Shown here piece after piece: positions 57,299-64,000 of a stretch of DNA of 64,000 nt (positions are counted from its first letter, which is position 1; each line of letters begins with the position of its first letter). The notes beneath the pieces are model-generated. The model was given only the letters and a program-made list of their open reading frames with translations. It did no database searches and was not told the origin of the DNA. This stretch comes from a virus. The stretch is taken from the IMG/VR virus record IMGVR_UViG_3300042452_000786, positions 1 to 64,000 of that record, one strand, 5' to 3'. Made by a program: the position numbers and the translations under genes.

Positions 57299-58026
57299 CA
57301 GCTCATACCAAAACCAAAGTTCTGAGGAGTGCTGGCGGCGCCAGCAATTGCACTAGCCATGTCAGCAACGTTTAAATTGTTACGGCGACCAAGAGCTAAG
57401 GTTCGCATGAAATCCATGGGATCAACAGATTCTTTTTGGTCTTCATCTGTTAAATAAATGTTGTAGGTAATTCCACCTGGGGTTTGAGCTTGTCTTGCAG
57501 CTACGGGTTGTTGTGTAAGTTGTTGTGTGGGTTGCGTTGTTTTTGGAGTTGTGCCAAAAACTTTTTGTAGATCTTTTAAAGACTTGACCGGTTGTCCGTA
57601 ATAGCTTTTACCGCTTTGCGTGGGGAACGATGCCCACTCCGGAGATAAAGCGGCCGCAACTTCTGGAGACAACCCTTCTTTTTCTAAACGTGCAAAACCA
57701 CCAATTGGTTTTAAACGTTGATGCGCTAAGTACGTACCAGCAATGTCTTGCTCTTTAGGGCCAAAACCTTTTAGTCCAAGTTTTTTTGAAACAGATTGCC
57801 AAGTCGGTGTTAAAAATTGATAGGCTCCAGCGGCGGTGCTGGTGTATCCACCTGAACTGATTGCTTGATCTGGATGGCGACTTAAATCAGAAAACTTTTT
57901 ACCACTGAACTGTGTTTGGTAGCCTTGAGGACCAGCTGTTCCTTCTGCGTAACGAATTGCGTTAAGCAGCTTTTGCACAGAAGGATTCTGTACTTGTTGT
58001 TGGTAAAAAGCTAGATCTTCTGCCAT
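57298..58026 (-). CDS. lambda-R-like lytic transglycosylase (GH104)
   Basis: LNAIRYAEGT, STAAGAYQFL..TW, EWASFP; start trimmed to MAEDL. Confidence 0.88.
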   Translation of the reverse strand: MAEDLAFYQQQVQNPSVQKLLNAIRYAEGTAGPQGYQTQFSGKKFSDLSRHPDQAISSGGYTSTAAGAYQFLTPTWQSVSKKLGLKGFGPKEQDIAGTYLAHQRLKPIGGFARLEKEGLSPEVAAALSPEWASFPTQSGKSYYGQPVKSLKDLQKVFGTTPKTTQPTQQLTQQPVAARQAQTPGGITYNIYLTDEDQKESVDPMDFMRTLALGRRNNLNVADMASAIAGAASTPQNFGFGMS

Positions 58027-58048
58027 GACTGATGCAGCTGATGAGGAT

Positions 58049-58528
58049 TTAGCGGAAGCTGTTGTTGAGCATAAGTCGAGTGCCAACAGCAACGTCAGCG
58101 GGGCCAGGAAGTGCTTGGATAAACTCAGCGCCTTCCCGATTAAACCGATACCTCGCTTGTTCAGGATTTCGGTAATTGGGGACATAAAGATGAAGGGCTA
58201 GTCGATCCGTCTCGTATAGATAAATTGCCGTCCAGGTTTTTAGCGTGTCCCTAAAATCAGAAGTTGCAATCGTACGATCAACGTCACCAGCGATGCTTTC
58301 AATACGATTACGAGGAACGGTGTTATTGTTCACGCTACCTGTCATGTCTGTGCGTTTTTCAGCCTCATCGCACCGACCGACCTGTTCGACAATCTTGCTA
58401 TACCAGAACGAATCTGGGATGTTGTTGACAGCTTCCTCTAGCCGCGCTTGGTCACCAGCGGGGATGGATGTAGTGTTGTACCCCAGGTGCCAGCGGACCT
58501 TTGATTTAAGGAAGGTATCGAGTTGCAT
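58049..58528 (-). CDS. putative head-tail adaptor / head completion protein
   Basis: Helical KVRWHLGY N-terminus; position after the capsid genes. Confidence 0.55.
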   Translation of the reverse strand: MQLDTFLKSKVRWHLGYNTTSIPAGDQARLEEAVNNIPDSFWYSKIVEQVGRCDEAEKRTDMTGSVNNNTVPRNRIESIAGDVDRTIATSDFRDTLKTWTAIYLYETDRLALHLYVPNYRNPEQARYRFNREGAEFIQALPGPADVAVGTRLMLNNSFR

Positions 58529-58602
58529 TAGTTTTTATTAATGCGTTTTTGGGTATCGCAGGCTATAGCTATACCCAGTAACACACTAGCACGCGCAAAT
58601 TA

Positions 58603-59043
58603 TCACTCTACGCGGACAAGATTTTCTTTAAAAATCTCATCCCAATCGACGCGTTTAATTGATCGGAGTTGCTCTAACTTCTGGAAACGTTCAGCTGGCA
58701 ACGACGTTTGCAAGTCTTTAATGTCACGGGCTGTCTTAAGTCCGACGCCAGGGAGAGAGTCTGCGATCTGACGTGCAGTTGCTGTGTTGATATTGATGCG
58801 GACATCAAGAGGGAAAGTTTCCCGTGTTGTTGGCTTGGCTGGACGAACGCCTTCAGCTTCAAGCTGAGCAGTTAGACGTTCTTCCGTCCGAATTTTTTCG
58901 TTGGTGGCTTCAAGATGAGGCGTCAAGTCGTTTTCTTCGACATAGATAACCTCATCTTGAGAGTCCACACACATTAAGACACCGTCTCCGTGTTTAGAAA
59001 CAACTTCAACGAGTCCGCCAGTCAGTTTGTATTGGTAGAGCAT
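58603..59043 (-). CDS. helix-hairpin-helix (ComEA-like) DNA-binding protein
   Basis: ININTAT...LPGVGLKTA..I.......F..LEQL. Confidence 0.8.
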   Translation of the reverse strand: MLYQYKLTGGLVEVVSKHGDGVLMCVDSQDEVIYVEENDLTPHLEATNEKIRTEERLTAQLEAEGVRPAKPTTRETFPLDVRININTATARQIADSLPGVGLKTARDIKDLQTSLPAERFQKLEQLRSIKRVDWDEIFKENLVRVE

Positions 59044-59100
59044 TCCATAGGAGTGACAACTACCAATACAATACCAACATTAACCTTGTTGCGCTACTGA

Positions 59101-59907
59101 TCAGATGTCGTCGCCACCCACTTGGGAAGCAAAGTCAATCAGACCCTCAATGTCGCGCCAGGAGACGGCGGCTTGAGGACGAATGTAGTTCACGCGACAC
59201 ACAAGGTAGCCTGCACGTCCAGCATCAAAATCAGTTTGGCTGATGAAGATACCGGCGCCATTTACCGTTGTGGAGGTGATGGCAGTGGTGTTGAACACCT
59301 TGAAGGTGGTGTCCGAAGTTACTTTGTACATCATGCTGTTGGCAAGGTCGCCAGCAACAATTGTGCTAGTAACGCTGGACGGGAAGGGAAGACCAGCAGC
59401 CGTAACGCCAGACAGGCCCTGAGTAAACAGGGAGCTGGCAGCAGTGATGCTTGATGTAGCAGCGGCAAGACCGTTCAGCTGAGTAGCAGGAATACCAAAA
59501 GGTACGCCAGCGTTGTTAGGACCAAGAACCAGCAGCTCGGAAGTGGTACCACCAATGTTGGCAGTCACAGGATCAGCGGGGAAACCAGTAACTGTGTAGT
59601 CTTGGGCCACCGCGATCGACGCACCCACAACGTAGGTAGGACGAGCTGAAGAAGCTGGCACCACGAGAGAGGTGCGGTTGTCGCGCACACGGTCGTCAGG
59701 ACGACGATCCGGGGAAGGCACGGTGATGTCAAAGCTCTTGAAGTTAGCTTTGTCAGCAGCAAGGTTGCTGATCCTGACGTAACCAATAGTTTCGTAAGCT
59801 TCAACACCTGGCCAACCAAACACACCCTCGCCGTTGTAACCAGAGAGGCGGTTAACCTGGTTGCCTGGTTGCAGAATTGCACCAGCGTTTGATTTATAAG
59901 TAGCCAT
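59101..59907 (-). CDS. putative capsid decoration / minor capsid protein
   Basis: GAGGAGG Shine-Dalgarno, directly after MCP, highly biased codons. Confidence 0.6.
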   Translation of the reverse strand: MATYKSNAGAILQPGNQVNRLSGYNGEGVFGWPGVEAYETIGYVRISNLAADKANFKSFDITVPSPDRRPDDRVRDNRTSLVVPASSARPTYVVGASIAVAQDYTVTGFPADPVTANIGGTTSELLVLGPNNAGVPFGIPATQLNGLAAATSSITAASSLFTQGLSGVTAAGLPFPSSVTSTIVAGDLANSMMYKVTSDTTFKVFNTTAITSTTVNGAGIFISQTDFDAGRAGYLVCRVNYIRPQAAVSWRDIEGLIDFASQVGGDDI

Positions 59908-59921
59908 TGTTAGTTACCTCC

Positions 59922-61874
59922 TCAAACGATGGTGAAAGCTGCGGTGACGAAGTCCTTGTTCAGGTTGGCAAAGCCAGCGTACAGCTGCCAAATCAAGATG
60001 ATAAAGCGGCTGAAGTCATCGTTGTTGTTGATGAGAACCTGAGCGTTGGGGCCACCGATGCCCACGCCAACGGCCTGAGGACCGAAGAACAGAGCAGGAG
60101 GAGTGTTGTGAGACACAGCGCCGAGACCGTCGCCAGTGTCCACAGTGATGGACTTGTCAGCAAAGTTGGTGGACTCGAAGAAACGTACGCCTTCAAAGAC
60201 AAAGCCAGAAGGCATGATCGGTTCACCAGCCACGAATTGAGCTTGGCCGTACTGACCGCCGCCATAGATGGAGGCGTTGGGAGCCATGGCACCCATAAGG
60301 GGGTTAGGCTGGCCCATGCCAGGGTAACGAGCCACTTCACGGAAACCTTGGTCAGCACGCAGATCCTTCATGAAAGAGGGATCAGCAATACAGCGGTAGT
60401 AACCGTCAGCAAAGACAGGCACATTGCGCTTGCGGAGTTGCTTGACAACTTCCAGAAGGTCAGTTTTGACGTTGAACTTATAACGCTCAGAAGCGTATTC
60501 TGTAGCGGAATAAGCAGTCAGCGTGGTAGAGCCAGTCTTGATCTTACCGTTGGGGTAGTAGTAACCACCTTGGGTGTCAGAAGAGGCACCACGAGCTTCC
60601 GATTTCGAAAACTCATCAAGGAACACACGATCGCGCCAGCGGCGATAGTCGTCTAGCAGGGTCAGCGAACCGATGGACTGGTGGAACATGTTAAGGTTCC
60701 CGGTGTCCAGCAGCAGACGCTGAGCGGTCATCAGAGTCTCACGAGCAATTTTGAAAGTGCTCGGGAGGTTGGAGTTGTTCGGGTCGGCAGGACCAGTGTA
60801 CTCACGCAGAGAGACGAGCACTTTGTCCTTAACGATGGAGCGGCTATTAGCCGTACCAATCGTTTGGTCTTGGGTACGCTCACGCTGAGTTTTGGTGCCG
60901 GGGTTGCCCCAGAAACGGTACCGGTCTAACTGAACAGTTTGACCAGGCTGTTTAGTGAAGTCGTGGACAACAACAGGCTCGGCTGCCATTTCCACAATAT
61001 AAGCCGGGTGGGGACGGTACAGCTCCGCGCCCAACAGCTTGGGAAAATCGTTCTCCTGATCTCCAGTCTCCTGAAGGGGTGGACTATCTCTTCACCCTGT
61101 AAGGGTGCCGGGCGCTAATGGCGTATTACGAATGAAGCGTCATTCACCGCCTAGTCTCTGCACCTTCCAACTACGTACTTAGTTGGCTTGGCTCAGGATT
61201 ACCCTCGACTTGACGTTAGGGCTTCCCTGAATTCACCCGGTTTTCACTGATCAGTTGCCTGATCAGGCGACAACGTTGACTACTCAGCTAAGTCGTGTTA
61301 GGATTGGAATCAAGTTGTTTTTATACAACATGGAACCAAAACTTGTTCCTGGATTTGAAAACCTTTACTTGAGCTTTTCTGGGACTCCTTATCAAAAAAT
61401 CAATGAAGACTTTGTTGAATTAAAGGTCAGCTCATCAAGCATGTACGACAGGGTTTCTGTTCTTAAAAATGAAAAGAAAGAAAGGCACCATGTACACGTT
61501 CTTATGGCTGTGACATTTTTAGATTTAGATTTAGCTTTACACGGAACCGGAAGTGCTTCTCTTCAAGTTGATCACAAAGACGGAAACAAAAGAAACAATT
61601 CTCTTGAAAACCTTGAAGTTGTTACAAAAAGAGAGAATTACGATAGGGCGTTAAAAGCTGGGTGCTACTCTAAAAATGGTTACGCCAGTAAAGGTAGGCC
61701 AAAGAAAACATTAAGAAAGTTTTCGGAGGATGACATTGTGCAGATTAAAGAAATGAGATCAGACGGTCTTTCTTATAGAAAAATTGCTGCTTACTTTAAC
61801 TGCAATCACTTGGCCATTTATCAAATCTTAAAAGGAAAAACCTATCAGGATCTGAGTTAGCTATCGATAAACAT
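59922..61874 (-). CDS. major capsid protein, spliced: exon 1 61874-61863 (MFID) joined to exon 2 61052-59922 (NDFPKLLGAELYRP...), 380 aa
   Basis: HK97-like features (GQTVQL, GVRFFEST, FFGPQAVG, DDFSR..W); in-frame join across the group I intron. Confidence 0.88.
61276..61304 (+). promoter_or_regulatory. sigma70-type promoter for the intron HNH gene
   Basis: TTGACT-17 nt-TAGGAT with TG extension. Confidence 0.75.
61330..61860 (+). CDS. intron-encoded HNH homing endonuclease, antisense to the intron
   Basis: HVHVLMA..F...QVDHKDGNKRNNSLENLEVVT..EN; C-terminal HTH. Confidence 0.9.
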   Translation: MEPKLVPGFENLYLSFSGTPYQKINEDFVELKVSSSSMYDRVSVLKNEKKERHHVHVLMAVTFLDLDLALHGTGSASLQVDHKDGNKRNNSLENLEVVTKRENYDRALKAGCYSKNGYASKGRPKKTLRKFSEDDIVQIKEMRSDGLSYRKIAAYFNCNHLAIYQILKGKTYQDLS

Positions 61875-61989
61875 GTTGGTAATTCAGCGTAAGTTTTAGC
61901 TGAAACCAGGATCTGGAGGATCCTTGGGTACAGTAGTTTCCGGTTTCCCGTAACCGCTGCTTGCCTGGAACTTCCGTCCCATTGAAAAA

Positions 61990-61998
61990 ATTATAGCA
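61990..61998 (-). promoter_or_regulatory. extended -10 promoter of the capsid gene
   Basis: TGcTATAAT on the minus strand, ~115 nt upstream of ATG. Confidence 0.6.
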
Positions 61999-62026
61999 AC
62001 CCTTTATCAATCCAGATTATTTAAGT

Positions 62027-62290
62027 TCAGTAGTTGACCATATGCGGAGCATTGTGACCGGCAAGCATATTACCTGCTGTATATGACGTTGGAGCCATTG
62101 TACCGGTTGCTCGATAAGGATTGATGTAACCGTCTGCTGGTTGCAGTGAGATGGAAGAAGCTTGAACTTCAGGGTTAATTCCAGCGGTAGCACTCATCAT
62201 GCCAAGGGCTGCTGCTGGATCTTCCTGTTGCGCAGTTTTTTTACGACCTTTTGATTTGCTAACTGCTTTTTTTGCTTTTGCTTTGTCCAT
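62027..62290 (-). CDS. hypothetical protein with Lys-rich N-terminus
   Basis: Coupled ORF in the head module. Confidence 0.6.
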   Translation of the reverse strand: MDKAKAKKAVSKSKGRKKTAQQEDPAAALGMMSATAGINPEVQASSISLQPADGYINPYRATGTMAPTSYTAGNMLAGHNAPHMVNY

Positions 62291-62727
62291 CAGCGGTTAC
62301 CTTTCTTTTGGGGAACGGGAGGCATAATACCCATGGGAAGTTGTCCACGCATCGGCATCATTTGTGACATCATCATTTGCTCACTGGCGAGCATCTGATC
62401 TTGTGTAATTTCTGTTGCTTTAACATTACGATCTGTAAACAAACCATGTTGTGGCAACGGAGATCCTGGAAGGTTTAACTTTAGGTAGGCAGCATCCAGG
62501 TTTTGTGCCATTGGAGGTTGCGGAGCACGAGGATCACCAACACCGGTTCCGTCACTCATCATTCGCACAGCAGCAAAATGATCTGTGTTACCTGCTTGAA
62601 CCTGCTGTGCAAGATCGTAACCACCAAAACCAACCAATGAAGGTGAGCCAATTGGTCCGCCAGCTGTGCCAATACTGGCCAAGAACTGTTGCGTCCTGGC
62701 ACCCACACTGGCTTTTTTTGATGCCAT
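62290..62727 (-). CDS. hypothetical Met/Pro/Gln-rich protein
   Basis: ORF in the head module. Confidence 0.6.
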   Translation of the reverse strand: MASKKASVGARTQQFLASIGTAGGPIGSPSLVGFGGYDLAQQVQAGNTDHFAAVRMMSDGTGVGDPRAPQPPMAQNLDAAYLKLNLPGSPLPQHGLFTDRNVKATEITQDQMLASEQMMMSQMMPMRGQLPMGIMPPVPQKKGNR

Positions 62728-62735
62728 TTTTTTAG

Positions 62736-62767
62736 AAACAAAAACGGGGCAGCTATTGCTACCCCTT
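62736..62767 (-). terminator. intrinsic terminator after the scaffold gene
   Basis: Minus strand GGGGTAGC-AATA-GCTGCCCC-GTTTTTG. Confidence 0.75.
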
Positions 62768-62820
62768 ATTTTACAGTTACTATGTTTTCTAATAAACGGA
62801 TTATATCAACAATCCGAGTA

Positions 62821-63822
62821 TCACTCCATCACCATCAGCTTCTGACGGAAAGCATCGGGAGATGCCATGTTCAGATAGCGCCAGGCATTGGAAGGATCAC
62901 GTTCGGCCAGAGCACCAAAACCGTTCCAGAAGTCAGCGGGGTTGCCCTGAACTTGGGGCTGCGGGGGAGCAGGCATTTCAGGACGCTGAGGAGCCACAGG
63001 ACGCTGGAACTGTTGACCAACGGCTTGAGGGGCACGGCTGTAACCAATTTCTTCATCGGGCACCGGATAGGGGCCATTTTCACCGAAAAACTCACAAGTG
63101 TAGTCAGCCAGGACGTCCGGATCGGTCAGGATGGTCTCATAGGAGCGGTGCTCGTTAGAGAGTTCCTGGAGCAGACCAACAGCCTCAGTGAGCTGCTGGT
63201 TGGTAGCAATCAGAGCATCTTCTAACTGACACGCGTAGCTATTGAGAATAGCTGGCACGTCAGCACCGAAGTGATCAATGACCTGAAGACTAGCTTCGCT
63301 TACCCCGCTTGCGCGGAGTTGGTCCGGGCTGATTTCCTGCGAAGTTTGGGAATAACCGTTGGAGTAAGCCTGGTTGTTGTTGATCCCAGGCATAGAGGTC
63401 GGCATCCCCGCGTTGTTGTACTGGGGAACCGGTTGGGAATTGTAGTTGACCGGTGCGACTTGTTGGTTCGCGCTCGATTGTTGACCCTGGAACGGGAATT
63501 GGACGGGCGAACTCAGGAGCCCCACTACCCGGTTGAATGCCTCCTTGTAAGGGTTCTCCGATTGTGGTGCTGTTTGTTGGGGCGCCAGGGATTCCTGGTG
63601 GTAGTACGGTGTAGGGCTGGATTGGTAGTTGCTGACCCCCATCTGGGCCTGCATTTGCGGGGCTGGGGCCACCGCTTGCTGGTAAGGCGCCACCCATTGG
63701 GGAGACGTTGCCACCGCCGGGGCCTGAGCCGCCGTCTGTGCTACCGGAGCCGCGTAGCTGATCGGCTGGGTCTGGGATACTTGGGGTACCGATTGGATCG
63801 GCGCTGCGGTATCGGCCTGCAT
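62821..63822 (-). CDS. putative capsid scaffolding protein
   Basis: AGAGG Shine-Dalgarno; Q/P-rich disordered N-half, coiled coil, helical C-terminus; upstream of MCP. Confidence 0.65.
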   Translation of the reverse strand: MQADTAAPIQSVPQVSQTQPISYAAPVAQTAAQAPAVATSPQWVAPYQQAVAPAPQMQAQMGVSNYQSSPTPYYHQESLAPQQTAPQSENPYKEAFNRVVGLLSSPVQFPFQGQQSSANQQVAPVNYNSQPVPQYNNAGMPTSMPGINNNQAYSNGYSQTSQEISPDQLRASGVSEASLQVIDHFGADVPAILNSYACQLEDALIATNQQLTEAVGLLQELSNEHRSYETILTDPDVLADYTCEFFGENGPYPVPDEEIGYSRAPQAVGQQFQRPVAPQRPEMPAPPQPQVQGNPADFWNGFGALAERDPSNAWRYLNMASPDAFRQKLMVME

Positions 63823-64000
63823 AGGTTACCTCTTTTTGTAGGCTTTCGAGAGTTCGGTAAAGGAAGGGAGTGAGATCTAATCTCGGATCCGCAGCCATCG
63901 GAAGATTGGGTTGCTGCGGATGTGGTGTTCGCATCTCTTGATTGATTAGATCAATAAATGCGGAGTAGGCCCTCTGTACTTCCCCTACCATTCGGAATGG
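63290..64000 (-). CDS. C-terminal part of upstream gene (probable portal), truncated by window
   Basis: Frame open to the window edge; position before scaffold and MCP; identity from synteny only. Confidence 0.45.
   Translation of the reverse strand, partial: PFRMVGEVQRAYSAFIDLINQEMRTPHPQQPNLPMAADPRLDLTPFLYRTLESLQKEVTYAGRYRSADPIGTPSIPDPADQLRGSGSTDGGSGPGGGNVSPMGGALPASGGPSPANAGPDGGQQLPIQPYTVLPPGIPGAPTNSTTIGEPLQGGIQPGSGAPEFARPIPVPGSTIEREPTSRTGQLQFPTGSPVQQRGDADLYAWDQQQPGLLQRLFPNFAGNQPGPTPRKRGKRS

Larger units (their letters stand above)
61053..61862 (-). mobile_element. self-splicing group I intron carrying a homing endonuclease
   Basis: P AAUUCAGGGAA, Q AAUCCUGAGCC, R GCAGAGACUAG, S AAGAGAUAGUCC; exon ends in U, intron ends in G; IGS CGUUGUCG. 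Confidence 0.92.

Noticed and set aside
58027-58185. Signal-peptide-like N-terminus on the GH104 ORF
   Set aside because: Overlaps the upstream gene in another frame; ATG 58026 gives a clean start, though a longer form is not fully excluded
59907-60656. 249-aa + strand ORF
   Set aside because: Antisense shadow of the codon-biased capsid gene; no motifs
61955-61985. GGGACGGAAGU resembles part of the glnA glutamine riboswitch
   Set aside because: The flanking CGUUCA and GAAGGAACG elements are absent

Overview
A 64-kb segment of a large tailed dsDNA cyanophage. The host is inferred from NblA-like genes, the small-ORF families and tRNA-Leu(UAA). Approximate layout: 1-25 kb (+) early and replication genes (thyX, ArdC-like, T7-type family A DNA polymerase, dCMP deaminase, SSB, speD on the minus strand, PD-(D/E)XK exonuclease, GIY-YIG endonuclease, primase-polymerase/D5 helicase); 25-28.6 kb (-) tailspike and disordered proteins; a structured non-coding region at the strand switch; 29-35 kb (+) DNA-binding and DNA-modification-like genes; 35-64 kb mostly (-) virion and lysis genes (tail and fibre proteins, Dps, endolysin, two tRNAs, muralytic enzymes, major capsid protein, scaffold, probable portal C-terminus). 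Strongest discoveries: (1) an 810-nt group I intron after codon 4 of the major capsid gene, carrying an antisense HNH endonuclease with its own sigma70-type promoter in the P1 loop; (2) a circularly permuted M23 peptidase; (3) a short amphipathic F-L-x-x-[FY]-I motif shared by about 10 unrelated minus-strand proteins, a candidate capsid cargo-loading signal; (4) several highly structured intergenic RNAs, two with clear promoters; (5) twin long hairpins upstream of a protein with tandem degenerate His-Me domains. All calls come from reading the sequence by eye; no searches were run.
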